Assembly (NCBI GenBank): GCA_903848905.1
Contig: CAINHP010000018.1
Span: 1-58,189 of the forward strand
Direction of reading: 5' to 3'
DNA from: an uncultured Pseudomonadota bacterium
Lineage (GTDB): Bacteria > Pseudomonadota > Gammaproteobacteria > Methylococcales > Methylomonadaceae
DNA length: 58,189 nucleotides
Program-made: the position numbers and the translations under genes
The notes under the pieces: generated by a model
What the model saw: the letters and a program-made list of their open reading frames with translations, nothing else
The model's database searches: none
Told to the model about the DNA's origin: nothing
Shown: piece by piece, positions 45,365 to 55,790 of the stretch
Position numbering within the stretch: position 1 is the stretch's first letter
How the letters are laid out: each line of letters opens with the position of its first letter

Positions 45365-47350
45365 TTAAAGTACCGCTTTAACGTGTTTGACTACATTTTC
45401 AACGGTGAAACCAAAATGCTCAAATAATACGCCACCAGGTGCAGACTCACCAAACGTATCGATACCAACTACTTCACCTTCTAAACCAACATATTTACGC
45501 CAAAAATCAGATACACCTGCTTCAATAGCGACGCGTTTCACGCCAGGTATCAAAACACTGTCTTTATAAGCTTTATCTTGACGATCAAAAACATTAGTTG
45601 AAGGCATTGAAACAACTCGTGCATGAATCCCTTCTGCTTCAAGTGCAGCTTGCGATTTGATCGCTAAAGCAACTTCAGAACCTGTCGCAATTAATACTAC
45701 ATCTGCTTTGCTTGATGCTTCAGCAATAATATAAGCTCCTTTACGCATTGCTGCAATTTGAGCTTCATCGTGTGCAATCGCAGTAATAGCTTGTCGACTT
45801 AACACTAAACTTGTTGGGCCATTATGACGTTCAATAGCACTTACCCAAGCAACAGCTGTCTCAGTTGAATCAGCTGGACGCCAAACATCCATATTTGGAA
45901 TGTAACGTAATCCAGATGTATTTTCGATAGGTTGATGTGTTGGACCGTCTTCGCCTTGACCAATAGAATCATGGGTTAACACGGCAATAGTACGCTGTTT
46001 CATCAATGCAGCCATGCGTAATGCACTTTTTGCATAGTCTGAGAACATATGGAATGTGCCACCAAATGGAATAAATCCACCGTGCAAGGCCATACCATTC
46101 ATAATGGCATACATACCAAATTCACGAACACCATAAGAAATATAGTTACCAGGTTTTTTACCGCTAACGTGTGTAAAACTTGGACAACTAGTCAAATTTG
46201 AACCCGTTAAATCTGCAGAACCACCTAAAAATTCAGGTAATGTTGCCGCTAAACCGGCAATGACTTTTTGTGATGATTGACGAGATGCTAAATTTTCAGC
46301 TTTTTCGTTAAATGCGTGGATTAAATCGCTCGTTACAGTTGCCCAGTTAGATGGCAACTCTCCTGCTACTCGACGTTTAAACTCCGCTGCTAATTCTGGA
46401 TGTGCTACTGCATAAGCATCAAATTTTGCATTCCATGCCGCTTCTACTGAATTGCCTTTTGCTTTTGCATCCCAACCTGCGTAAACATTTTCTGGAATAA
46501 CAAAAGGAGCATGCGTCCAGCCTAACGCTTCACGCGTTAACGCAACTTCTGCATCACCTAATGCCGAGCCGTGACAATCGTGACTGCCACTTTTATTGGG
46601 TGAACCAAAACCAATAATGGTTTTGCAGCAAATCATGGATGGCTTATCTGTTACCGCTTTTGCAGCAGTCACTGCAGCATTTATTGCATCTGCATCGTGA
46701 CCATCTACAGATTGAACATGCCAACCGTAAGCTTCAAAACGTTTTACTGTGTCATCGGTGTACCAGCCATCAATATGGCCATCAATAGAGATGTTGTTGT
46801 CATCCCAAAATGCGACTAATTTACCTAGCCCCCAAGTACCGGCTAATGCACACGCTTCATGAGAAACGCCTTCCATCAAGCAGCCATCACCTAAAAATAC
46901 ATATGTATGATGATCAACAATGTCATGGCCTGGACGGTTGAATTGATCAGCCAATAATTTCTCTGCCATGGCAAAACCAACACCGTTGGTAAGACCTTGA
47001 CCTAATGGACCTGTTGTAGTTTCGATACCTGGCGCATAGCTGTATTCAGGATGTCCTGCACATTTGGAATGCAATTGACGAAACGACTGCAATTCTTTCA
47101 TTGGCAAGTCGTAACCAGATAAGTGGAGAAGTGAGTAAATTAGCATTGAACCATGACCATTTGATAATACAAAACGATCGCGATCTGCCCAATTTGGATT
47201 TGTTGGATTATGTTTTAAATGGTCGTTCCACAACACTTCAGCGATGTCTGCCATACCCATTGGCGCACCGGGGTGTCCTGAATTGGCTTTTTGAACTGCA
47301 TCCATGCTTAAAGCGCGTATGGCATTCGCTAATTCTCTACGCGAAGTCAT
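45365..47350 (-). CDS. tkt: Transketolase
   Basis: 661 aa. SGHPG, the ThDP motif [13 protein letters not shown], and [16 protein letters not shown]. Confidence 0.97.
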   Translation of the reverse strand: MTSRRELANAIRALSMDAVQKANSGHPGAPMGMADIAEVLWNDHLKHNPTNPNWADRDRFVLSNGHGSMLIYSLLHLSGYDLPMKELQSFRQLHSKCAGHPEYSYAPGIETTTGPLGQGLTNGVGFAMAEKLLADQFNRPGHDIVDHHTYVFLGDGCLMEGVSHEACALAGTWGLGKLVAFWDDNNISIDGHIDGWYTDDTVKRFEAYGWHVQSVDGHDADAINAAVTAAKAVTDKPSMICCKTIIGFGSPNKSGSHDCHGSALGDAEVALTREALGWTHAPFVIPENVYAGWDAKAKGNSVEAAWNAKFDAYAVAHPELAAEFKRRVAGELPSNWATVTSDLIHAFNEKAENLASRQSSQKVIAGLAATLPEFLGGSADLTGSNLTSCPSFTHVSGKKPGNYISYGVREFGMYAIMNGMALHGGFIPFGGTFHMFSDYAKSALRMAALMKQRTIAVLTHDSIGQGEDGPTHQPIENTSGLRYIPNMDVWRPADSTETAVAWVSAIERHNGPTSLVLSRQAITAIAHDEAQIAAMRKGAYIIAEASSKADVVLIATGSEVALAIKSQAALEAEGIHARVVSMPSTNVFDRQDKAYKDSVLIPGVKRVAIEAGVSDFWRKYVGLEGEVVGIDTFGESAPGGVLFEHFGFTVENVVKHVKAVL

Positions 47351-47382
47351 ATTTTTCTCCTTTTGATAATTGGATTAAAAAA

Positions 47383-47413
47383 TTGCACTATTAAAAAAAT
47401 TTTAATAGTGCAA
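47383..47413 (-). terminator. Terminator/attenuator-like hairpin just upstream of tkt
   Basis: Perfect 14-bp palindrome ttgcactattaaaa-aaa-ttttaatagtgcaa. On the minus strand it is followed by tttttt, then AAGGAG and the tkt ATG. Confidence 0.5.
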
Positions 47414-47444
47414 CCCGTTTTTTATTACGTGAGTAACCAAAACA

Positions 47445-47480
47445 GTTAAAGTGAACAATTCTACAATTATTCACTTTAAC
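47445..47480 (-). other. 11-bp hairpin immediately after the phi stop
   Basis: gttaaagtgaa / ttcactttaac with a 14-nt loop. On the minus strand it is followed by tgttttggtt. Confidence 0.4.
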
Positions 47481-47489
47481 ATTAATTAC

Positions 47490-48023
47490 TTATTCTAAAT
47501 TAGCGTGTCTTGAACGCATAATCTCTTCAGGAATGCCTTTCTCATGGATAATATGAGAAATAGTAGATTCCAAAAAGAGCAATGTTGACAATTCAAATAC
47601 AGTCCCCATTGGCATTCCAACCACTTTACCATACAAATCAGAACGACCAATTTGGAACAAACCGTCTGCCATATCACCAATAGTTGATTTTGATTGTGCT
47701 GAAATCAACATGATTTTAGCGCCAATTTTTTTCGCACTTTTAGTGAACGCAACAAGCTGTTCAGTTTCACCTGATCCTGAGATGACAATGAGTAAATCGC
47801 CTTGTTGAATGCTCGGGGTAACGATTTCACCGACAACATTAACGTTGTAACCACCATGCACCAACCGCATTGCAAAGAAATTGCCGACAAGTTTTGAACG
47901 ACCTGCGCCCGCAATGAAAATGCGAGCAGCTTCATCGAGCATAGCTGTCAGTTTTTCATCGTATGATTCCTCAGTTGCTTCAAGGATGCCTGTGATTTTT
48001 TCTAAGATTAGCTCTTGGTGCAT
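47490..48023 (-). CDS. phi: 6-phospho-3-hexuloisomerase (SIS domain)
   Basis: 177 aa. GAGRS and SGSGET SIS motifs. Lies directly downstream of hps. Confidence 0.88.
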   Translation of the reverse strand: MHQELILEKITGILEATEESYDEKLTAMLDEAARIFIAGAGRSKLVGNFFAMRLVHGGYNVNVVGEIVTPSIQQGDLLIVISGSGETEQLVAFTKSAKKIGAKIMLISAQSKSTIGDMADGLFQIGRSDLYGKVVGMPMGTVFELSTLLFLESTISHIIHEKGIPEEIMRSRHANLE

Positions 48024-48035
48024 AAGGATTCCTAA

Positions 48036-48677
48036 TTAAACTGCGTCTACTAATTCACGAATTTCACGTGCTGCTTCTGCTGGAGATGCTGCACCGTAAA
48101 TTGCTGCACCAACCACGATGATGCTAGCACCAGCGCGAACTACGTCTTGAACGGTTTTAGTATTGATACCGCCAGCAACTGAAATACGAACGTTTAATCC
48201 TAAAGAAGCAATCAAGCTTAAATCTGCAAACGGTGTGTGACCTGCTGCTTGAGCGTCTAAACCAGTGTGAACACCGATAATTTGCGCACCAGCATCAACA
48301 GTTGCGCGTGCGCAAGCTGCTTTATCATCAACATTAATTAAATCAATTTGCGCTTCAGCTGCGTGTGCATTAGCTGCTTTGATAACACCTTTGCAAGTTG
48401 CTAAACCTGAAACACCTAATACTGTACAAATATCCGCACCAGCTGCATAAAAAGGTGTTGCTTCATATTCGCCAGCATCCATTGTTTTCAAATCAACTAA
48501 CAATAATTTGTCAGGGAATTCAGCACGCAATGCTCTAACTAAGTTAACACCGTTGTGTTTAATGCAAGGTGTGCCGATTTCAAAAATATCAACAAAAGGC
48601 GCAACTTGTTTCGCTAATGAAACTGTTGCATCGAAATCTAATGAATCTAATGCCATTTGAATTAATGGTCTTGCCAT
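48036..48677 (-). CDS. hps: 3-hexulose-6-phosphate synthase
   Basis: The start MARPLIQMALDSLD has GGAG 8 nt upstream. The track's GTG at 48686 abuts the SD. OMP-decarboxylase-fold motifs DIFEIGTP, DLKTMDAG and GVHTG. Confidence 0.9.
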   Translation of the reverse strand: MARPLIQMALDSLDFDATVSLAKQVAPFVDIFEIGTPCIKHNGVNLVRALRAEFPDKLLLVDLKTMDAGEYEATPFYAAGADICTVLGVSGLATCKGVIKAANAHAAEAQIDLINVDDKAACARATVDAGAQIIGVHTGLDAQAAGHTPFADLSLIASLGLNVRISVAGGINTKTVQDVVRAGASIIVVGAAIYGAASPAEAAREIRELVDAV

Positions 48678-48740
48678 GATGTACACTCCAAAAAAGTTAT
48701 AGTTATAGTTAATTGTTACGCTAATTTATGCGGGGTTAAC

Positions 48741-48768
48741 TTTAAAGTAGAAATGGTAGGCGTGTCAA
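48741..48768 (-). promoter_or_regulatory. Putative sigma-70 promoter of hps-phi
   Basis: The minus strand reads TTGACA, a 16-nt spacer, then TTTAAA, about 60 nt upstream of the hps ATG. Confidence 0.45.
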
Positions 48769-48780
48769 TGCAAAATGTAT

Positions 48781-50442
48781 CTAATCCTTCTCCCCATTAT
48801 CACGCAGTGTCACTGTTCGGTTAAACACCAATTTATCTAAAGTACTTTCTAAATCTAAACAAAAATAGCCTGTACGTTCAAATTGATAACGATTTTCAAG
48901 TGTTGCGCTACGTAAACTCGCCTCAACACGACAATCCCTTAATATTTGCAATGAATGCGGGTTGACCACATCTAAAAAGCTTTCCTCATTATCTGGTTGA
49001 GGCACAGTAAACAGGCGATCATACAAACGTATTTCTGCTGGGCATGAATGCGCCTGTGATACCCAATGAATAACACCCTTTGCTTTACGACCCTCAGGAT
49101 TTTTACCTAATGTATTTTCATCGTAAGTACAGCGCAACTCAATGATTTCACCCGCCTCATTCTTAATGACTTCATCGCAACGAATCACATAAGCACCACG
49201 CAAACGCACTTCCTCTCCTTGAATTAAGCGTTTATATTTTGGTGGTGGATTTTCTGAAAAATCATCCCTCTCAATCAAAATAGTCTTAGAAAATGGTACG
49301 ATACGTTTACCAAACTCTTCTCTTTGAGGATGATTACTCACTTCTAGGTTTTCCACTTTATCGTCAGGATAATTGGTAATCACAATGCGTAGTGGATTTA
49401 AAACTGCCATAGCTCGAAACGCATTGATATTGAGATCTTCACGAATGCAATATTCCAAAACCCCCATTTCAATCCATGAATTTTGCTTGGTAATCCCAAT
49501 ACGCTCACAAAAATCCTTAATTGCCTGAGGCGTAAATCCTGCACGACGCAGTCCCGCAATGGTTGGCATACGCGGATCATCCCAACCTGATACCTGTTTT
49601 TCTGTCACCAGTTGATTTAATTTACGTTTACTTACGATTGTGTATTCAAGTTGCAACCGTGCAAACTCAATTTGCTGTGGATGACAGGGTGTTTGAAGCT
49701 TATCAAGTACCCAATCGTAAAGTGGACGATGATCTTCGAACTCTAAAGTACAAAGTGAATGTGTAATTTCTTCAATTGCATCTGAAATACAATGTGTGTA
49801 ATCGTACATCGGGTAAATGCACCATGCGTCGCCAGTTCGTTGATGATGAACTCGACGAATGCGATAAATAGCTGGGTCACGCAAATTGATATTAGGAGAA
49901 GCCATATCTATTTTTGCACGCAACACATATTGTCCATCTGCAAATTCACCTGCACGCATACGAGAAAATAGATCCAAATTTTCCTCAATTGAGCGGTTGC
50001 GATCAGGACTTTCTCTTCCCGGTTGGGTCAACGTACCACGATAAAGCCGAATTTCTTCAGCCGACAAACTGTCAACATACGCTAAATTATGCTCAATTAA
50101 ATCAATAGCATATTGATACAGTTGCTCAAAATAATCTGATGCATGACGGAGTTGTGTCCATTCAAAGCCTAGCCATGCAACGTCACGTTTAATGGACTCC
50201 ATGTATTCAATACTTTCTTTTTCTGGATTAGTGTCATCAAATCGCAAATTGCAATTGCCATTATTTTCTAAAGCCGTTCCAAAATTTAAACAAATTGACT
50301 TTGCATGACCAATATGCAAATAACCATTAGGCTCAGGTGGAAAGCGAGTCACCACTTTTCCATCATGCTTATTTGTCTGCAAATCATTTGCAACGATTTG
50401 GCGAATAAAATGAGAAGGTTGTGTAAATTCGGTTTTTTGCAT
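48781..50442 (-). CDS. glnS: Glutaminyl-tRNA synthetase
   Basis: 553 aa. HIGH motif [14 protein letters not shown] and the KMSKS-type VSKRKL. Confidence 0.96.
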   Translation of the reverse strand: MQKTEFTQPSHFIRQIVANDLQTNKHDGKVVTRFPPEPNGYLHIGHAKSICLNFGTALENNGNCNLRFDDTNPEKESIEYMESIKRDVAWLGFEWTQLRHASDYFEQLYQYAIDLIEHNLAYVDSLSAEEIRLYRGTLTQPGRESPDRNRSIEENLDLFSRMRAGEFADGQYVLRAKIDMASPNINLRDPAIYRIRRVHHQRTGDAWCIYPMYDYTHCISDAIEEITHSLCTLEFEDHRPLYDWVLDKLQTPCHPQQIEFARLQLEYTIVSKRKLNQLVTEKQVSGWDDPRMPTIAGLRRAGFTPQAIKDFCERIGITKQNSWIEMGVLEYCIREDLNINAFRAMAVLNPLRIVITNYPDDKVENLEVSNHPQREEFGKRIVPFSKTILIERDDFSENPPPKYKRLIQGEEVRLRGAYVIRCDEVIKNEAGEIIELRCTYDENTLGKNPEGRKAKGVIHWVSQAHSCPAEIRLYDRLFTVPQPDNEESFLDVVNPHSLQILRDCRVEASLRSATLENRYQFERTGYFCLDLESTLDKLVFNRTVTLRDNGEKD

Positions 50443-50676
50443 AATTTAGGGTTAATTTCAAGGAAAAAATATAAACAAACAACGCGATAAACTGCGTCAA
50501 ATCGAGGATTTTCCACCATAGTAAAGCAATCTGTTTCGTCTAACAAGGCATGAAGCGACAGATAAACTTTACAAATCACAAGTGAATTGTATCTTGTTCA
50601 AGCCTTTAGATTGTTTTACTATTCGCCTCGCTTTGCTCTTTTGGTAAAGTAAAAACACGGAAATTTGATAAACTCA

Positions 50677-51525
50677 ATGAATTCTTTACCTTTGCTCTTA
50701 CAAATTATTATTTTTACCTCGGTGGGTGGCGTACTGAGCGTATTGGCGGCGGGATTATTTTTACTTCTCCCCCAAAAACAACGCAATCAAGTTCTGCCAC
50801 ATGGAATTAGCTTTGCTATTGGCGCACTACTAGCGGTTGCATTTTGGGGACTTATTCCCGAAGCTTTTGAACATGCAAAACCTGATCAGATACAGTTACT
50901 ATCAGGCACTATTTTAGCTGGAATATTAGGTTTTTTTGTACTTGAAAAATTGTTAATTTGGCGACATTGTCATTTTGGTGAATGCGAAGCCCATGGGGAT
51001 GATGAACATCAACATCCCGAAAATTATCAACATGACCATGACACACATTCTCATGGTCACGGGGCAAAAACAGCCGGTATTTTCATTATTTTAGGTGATA
51101 GCATTCACAATTTTGTGGATGGTGTACTCATTGCTGCTGCATTCCTAATGGATCCCCATTTAGGGATTGTGACCAGTTTAGCAGTTGCTACCCATGAAAT
51201 CCCTCAAGAGGTAGGCGATTTTGCTATCTTGCTACAAAGTGGTTATTCACAACGAAAAGCCCTTTTTTATAATGTATTATCGAGCTTGACAACCGTTGTG
51301 GGTGGGGTACTCGCTTATTTTAGTTTGGAAACATTACATGAAAAGTTGCCTTATTTTCTGGCATTAGCTGCGTCTAGTTTTATCTATATTGCCGTTGCAG
51401 ATTTAATTCCTTCATTACATAAACGCACGGATATTAAAACATCACTTCAGCAAATTACCTTAATTGGCGCGGGTGTTGCGCTAATCTGTACACTACAAAA
51501 TATTGCACACCATGTGGAATTATAG
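50677..51525 (+). CDS. ZIP-family divalent metal (zinc) transporter with a His-rich loop
   Basis: ATG at 50677 (the track uses TTG at 50665). HNFVDG and HEIPQEVGDF ZIP signatures. Loop CHFGECEAHGDDEHQHPENYQHDHDTHSHGHG. Confidence 0.85.
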   Translation: MNSLPLLLQIIIFTSVGGVLSVLAAGLFLLLPQKQRNQVLPHGISFAIGALLAVAFWGLIPEAFEHAKPDQIQLLSGTILAGILGFFVLEKLLIWRHCHFGECEAHGDDEHQHPENYQHDHDTHSHGHGAKTAGIFIILGDSIHNFVDGVLIAAAFLMDPHLGIVTSLAVATHEIPQEVGDFAILLQSGYSQRKALFYNVLSSLTTVVGGVLAYFSLETLHEKLPYFLALAASSFIYIAVADLIPSLHKRTDIKTSLQQITLIGAGVALICTLQNIAHHVEL

Positions 51526-51542
51526 ATAATATTTGCTTTACA

Positions 51543-51567
51543 ATAATTGACTATTTTAGTTGGTTAA
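51543..51567 (+). promoter_or_regulatory. Candidate IscR type-1 operator
   Basis: ATAATTGACTATTTTAGTTGGTTAA matches the type-1 consensus ATASYYGACTRWWWYAGTCRRSTAT at 21 of 25 positions by hand alignment. It overlaps the -35 and spacer of the candidate iscR promoter. Confidence 0.5.
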
Positions 51568-51574
51568 GTATAGT
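51547..51574 (+). promoter_or_regulatory. Putative sigma-70 promoter of iscR
   Basis: TTGACT, a 16-nt spacer, then TATAGT, ending 38 nt upstream of the iscR ATG. Confidence 0.5.
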
Positions 51575-51612
51575 TAAGTAACTTTTTATTTTTTTCTGTA
51601 AGGATATTACCC

Positions 51613-52083
51613 ATGCGTTTAACTACTAAAGGTCGTTATGCTGTAACAGCCATGCTGGATTTAGTGCTTCACAGCCAAAATACACCTGTAACATTAACTG
51701 AAATTGCAACGAGACAAACTATTTCTTTATCCTATTTAGAACAACTATTTTCACGTCTGCGCAAAGCGGATTTAGTCAAAGGTGTTCGTGGACCAGGTGG
51801 AGGCTATAGAATTCGTCAAACACCTGAATTAATTAGCATTGCGTCGATTATTGAAGCCGTTAATGAGCCTATTGATTCAACTAAATGTGGTGGTGAAGAA
51901 AATTGTCAACATGACAGCATTTGCCTTACCCACGATTTATGGGCTGGATTAAGTGACCACATTCAAGATTATTTATCACAAATCACGTTGGCAGACTTAA
52001 TTGCGCAGCGTGATGAACGTCGTAATATAGTTAAATGCAGCGAATCCATTGTCAAGTTTCAAAAACCACTCAAGTACGGTTAA
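51613..52083 (+). CDS. iscR: Rrf2-family Fe-S cluster regulator IscR
   Basis: 156 aa. MRLTTKGRYAVTAMLDL winged-helix N-terminus and cluster ligands C-x5-C-x5-C-x2-H (CGGEENCQHDSICLTH). Confidence 0.9.
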   Translation: MRLTTKGRYAVTAMLDLVLHSQNTPVTLTEIATRQTISLSYLEQLFSRLRKADLVKGVRGPGGGYRIRQTPELISIASIIEAVNEPIDSTKCGGEENCQHDSICLTHDLWAGLSDHIQDYLSQITLADLIAQRDERRNIVKCSESIVKFQKPLKYG

Positions 52084-52106
52084 CAAATTAGCCATTTAAG
52101 CTGAAT

Positions 52107-52135
52107 AAAAAACCGCTCTTGTGGCGGTTTTTATT
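52107..52135. terminator. Bidirectional terminator between convergent iscR and dnaE
   Basis: aaaaaccgc-tcttgtg-gcggttttt: an A-run, a GC core, then a T-run. Confidence 0.55.
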
Positions 52136-52160
52136 TACACGAAAAATATGAACTCAATAT

Positions 52161-55100
52161 TTAGTAGGTTATACGAACTGCACTTTGACCTAGCCATAAT
52201 ATTAATTGATGTATAAACTCGTCTGTTGCTTTGACACGCCACTCCGGTCCCAATTGTAACTGTGCCCGAGCTTTTTCAGTACTATAATCAATTGTTATAA
52301 GCGTATCCCCTCCCTTAAATTCACTCAACAACGCTTTCATCTTGTCCAAATTTCTTGCTGCATTTGCATCATTATTTTGCCATTTAAGATGTACTTCCCT
52401 TCTCGCTTGCTCAATGGGATATATATGCTCAATTTTTAATAACGGTATATTTAAATAGCTATCTATCGCTAAACTGCCTTCCGCAATTAAAAGCTTATCT
52501 CGAAAATTCGAGGAAAACATCGCTTGATTGACTTCAAAACTTTCACGCTGCGCACTCATTTCAAGACGACCTGTATTGTCATCAAATATAACAGATCCGC
52601 GCGACTTACCTTGTTTGTTTTGCCGAATACCAATTTCAATAGCAAGTCCTGCGACCCGCACTGAGTTATTCCATTGATTGGGTGATAATTCTTCAAGTAA
52701 TCGAGCAATATTTTTAGGTGCAATTAACTTTAATTCATTTGCATATTGATCAATGGGGTGCCCCGTTAAAAACAAGCCCAACACGGCCTTTTCCTCGGAA
52801 AATCGCACGCTCTCAGACCATGGTTCCACTACGGTCGTATAGGTCGGCGTATCACTTGTTTCACTTGACACCTCGCTGCCTAAACCAAACAAATCACTCT
52901 GACCAACCGCTTTCATGCGTATGTGATGCTCAGCCACTTTTAAAATGGTAGGTAACTCTGCTAAATGGGCTGCGCGATTGACATCAAACTCATCAAACGC
53001 ACCCGCACGGATAAGCGCTTCCAGCACACGGCGATTAAATTTACGCAAATCCACACGCTGACACAAATCATACAAATTTAAAAAAGAGCCATTATTCTCA
53101 CGTTCGCTTAGCATATCTAAAATCGCATTCTCACCTGCCCCTTTGATTGCCCCCAAACCATAAATCAAATCATCATTGTCGTTGACGGTAAATTTATAAT
53201 GCGACACGTTAATTGATGGTGGAATAATGTTCAGTTTCATTTGTCGACACTCATCAAGCGCAATGACAACTTTGTCTGTATTGTCCATATCGGCAGATAA
53301 CACAGCAGCCATAAAGGCGGCTGGATGATGCGCTTTTAGCCATGCTGTTTGATACGCAACTAATGCGTAAGCGGCAGAATGCGATTTATTGAAACCGTAT
53401 CCAGAAAATTTATCGACCAAATCAAAAATATAATTCGCAATTTCGTCACTGACATCATTAGTCAAGGCACCACTAACAAAGACATCACGTTGCTTTGCCA
53501 TTTCTTTTGCGTCTTTTTTACCCATTGCACGCCGTAAAATATCGGCGCCACCCAATGTGTAACCCGATAATTCACGCGCAATTTGCATGACCTGCTCTTG
53601 GTATAAAATAACGCCATTAGTAGGCTCAAGAATAGGCTCAAGCAATGGATGCGCATATTCAGCGGCTTTGGTTTTATGTTTCACGTTCACATAATCATCC
53701 ACCATACCCGACTCTAAGGGCCCTGGACGATAAAGCGCAACGAGCGCGATAATATCGTTAAAACAATCAGGTTTCAGTTTTTTGATGAGCTCTTTCATTC
53801 CACGCGATTCTAACTGGAATACCGCCGTGGTTAGGCCTTTTTTAAGTAATTCATAAGAAGCAACATCATCACGCGCAATGGCACTTATATCAACAATTGA
53901 TCTGCCTAACTTTTTCTGTTTCGCATTGATGGTCTTTAGCGCCCAATCAATAATGGTAAGCGTACGCAAACCTAAAAAGTCAAACTTCACCAGTCCGACC
54001 GATTCCACATCATTTTTATCAAATTGCGTAACTAAATTATTCCCTTCAATATCACAGTAGAGCGCCGTAAAATCTGTTAATTTTGTCGGCGCAATGACCA
54101 CACCACCAGCGTGTTTACCCGCATTTCGAGTTGTTCCCTCTAGTGAGAGTGCCATATCAATAAGGGATTTAACGTCTTCTTCTGTATCGTAAGCTTGCTG
54201 AAGATCAGGACTACTTTTCAGCGCATCTGAGAGCGTAATGCCAATTTCCATGGGAATCAGTTTTGCAAGTCGATCCACAAAACCATAAGACAAACCAAGT
54301 ACGCGCCCTACATCTCGAATAACTGCTTTTGCCGCCATTGAGCCGTATGTAATAATTTGCGACACTTGATTTCGCCCATAACACTCAGCAACATAATCAA
54401 TGACTTCATCACGTCGATCCATACAAAAGTCGATATCAAAGTCAGGCATCGAAATACGTTCGGGATTTAAAAATCGCTCAAATAAAAGTTCAAATTCAAT
54501 CGGATCTAAATCCGTAATTTTTAGCGCATACGCCACAAGCGATCCCGCACCCGAACCCCGACCAGGTCCAACAGGAATATCATGATTTTTTGCCCATTGA
54601 ATAAAATCTGCAACAATCATGAAATAGCCCGAAAAACCCATTTGGGTAATCACATCAAGCTCAATTTTAAGACGCTCTAAATACACCGCTTCATTTTCAC
54701 TTTGACTACCACTACCCGTTAACGCATATTTTTCAAAACGCTCACGTAACCCTTTCTCTGATTCACTAATAATAAAATCATTAATTGTCATGCCCTCAGG
54801 AACGGGAAAATCCGGCAGAAAGTTTTTACCTAGTGTTAGCGTTAAATTACAACGTTTGGCAATTTCAACAGTATTTTCTAGCGCCTCAGGAAAATCAGCA
54901 AACAACGCCACCATTTCATCTTCACTGCGCAAATACTGCTGATTGGTGTAGTCTTTTGGACGACGCGGATCATCAAGAACACGTCCTTGGTTAATACATA
55001 CCCGTACTTCATGAGCAGCAAAATCACTTTCTTTTAAAAAACGAACGTCATTTGTTGCAACAACAGGCAACGCCAACTCCGCCGCCAACTCTGCCGCTAA

Positions 55101-55649
55101 GGCAATATATAGCTCTTCATCAACCTTTCCAACGCGCTGAAGTTCCAAATAAAATCGATTAGGGAATAAATTTTTCCAATATATTGCAAGTGTTTTGGCT
55201 AATGCGTTATTTTCATTGAGCAATGCCTTGCCAATATCACCCTGCATCGCACCTGAAAGTGCAATCAGCCCAGCATTATTTTGCTCAATCCATTCTCGCT
55301 GCAAAATAGGCACACCATCTTTGTTTTGACCTTGCTGATAAGCTTGCGATACTAATTCTGTCAACGTGATATAGCCGGCATGATTGATTGCAAGCAGCGT
55401 TAAACGATAAGGCGCATCTGGTGCTTCAGGATTTACAACTAGTACATCCGAACCAGCAATCGGCTTGATACCTTGCGCTATTGTTGCTTTATATAATTTC
55501 ACTAAACCAAATAAATTAACGTGATCAGTTAGCGCAATGGCTGGCATATTGAAATCTGTTAATTGCTTGATTAGTGGCTTGATCTTAACTAAACCGTCAA
55601 TTAAGGAGAATTCGCTGTGAACTCTAAGATGAATAAATCGTGGCTGCAT
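52161..55649 (-). CDS. dnaE: DNA polymerase III alpha subunit
   Basis: 1162 aa. PHP N-terminus FIHLRVHSEFS and the palm motif PDFDIDF. Full length with no intein. Confidence 0.97.
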   Translation of the reverse strand: MQPRFIHLRVHSEFSLIDGLVKIKPLIKQLTDFNMPAIALTDHVNLFGLVKLYKATIAQGIKPIAGSDVLVVNPEAPDAPYRLTLLAINHAGYITLTELVSQAYQQGQNKDGVPILQREWIEQNNAGLIALSGAMQGDIGKALLNENNALAKTLAIYWKNLFPNRFYLELQRVGKVDEELYIALAAELAAELALPVVATNDVRFLKESDFAAHEVRVCINQGRVLDDPRRPKDYTNQQYLRSEDEMVALFADFPEALENTVEIAKRCNLTLTLGKNFLPDFPVPEGMTINDFIISESEKGLRERFEKYALTGSGSQSENEAVYLERLKIELDVITQMGFSGYFMIVADFIQWAKNHDIPVGPGRGSGAGSLVAYALKITDLDPIEFELLFERFLNPERISMPDFDIDFCMDRRDEVIDYVAECYGRNQVSQIITYGSMAAKAVIRDVGRVLGLSYGFVDRLAKLIPMEIGITLSDALKSSPDLQQAYDTEEDVKSLIDMALSLEGTTRNAGKHAGGVVIAPTKLTDFTALYCDIEGNNLVTQFDKNDVESVGLVKFDFLGLRTLTIIDWALKTINAKQKKLGRSIVDISAIARDDVASYELLKKGLTTAVFQLESRGMKELIKKLKPDCFNDIIALVALYRPGPLESGMVDDYVNVKHKTKAAEYAHPLLEPILEPTNGVILYQEQVMQIARELSGYTLGGADILRRAMGKKDAKEMAKQRDVFVSGALTNDVSDEIANYIFDLVDKFSGYGFNKSHSAAYALVAYQTAWLKAHHPAAFMAAVLSADMDNTDKVVIALDECRQMKLNIIPPSINVSHYKFTVNDNDDLIYGLGAIKGAGENAILDMLSERENNGSFLNLYDLCQRVDLRKFNRRVLEALIRAGAFDEFDVNRAAHLAELPTILKVAEHHIRMKAVGQSDLFGLGSEVSSETSDTPTYTTVVEPWSESVRFSEEKAVLGLFLTGHPIDQYANELKLIAPKNIARLLEELSPNQWNNSVRVAGLAIEIGIRQNKQGKSRGSVIFDDNTGRLEMSAQRESFEVNQAMFSSNFRDKLLIAEGSLAIDSYLNIPLLKIEHIYPIEQARREVHLKWQNNDANAARNLDKMKALLSEFKGGDTLITIDYSTEKARAQLQLGPEWRVKATDEFIHQLILWLGQSAVRITY

Positions 55650-55790
55650 GGCGTTTGCTGTAAAAATAGAAAGGTGGAATCGACTTTTGAATGTGCATAA
55701 TCATAACTGAATTTAGAGCGTCGATGTTACCAACGCATTTATGCGCTATAATGTACAAAAATTTCCTTTTGGCCTTTAATAAAAAAAAGA

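Noticed and set aside
50349-50579. A 76-aa ORF in the glnS/ZIP divergent region. Similar small ORFs occur at 55624-55818, 56843-57107 and 43962-44162.
   Set aside because: They overlap the starts of real genes in other frames. They are Cys/Phe/Leu-rich, as AT-rich non-coding translation tends to be, and have no SD.
50443-50676. A Zur/Fur operator upstream of the ZIP transporter.
   Set aside because: No palindrome resembling the Zur consensus is visible. The point is kept only as a note within the ZIP finding.
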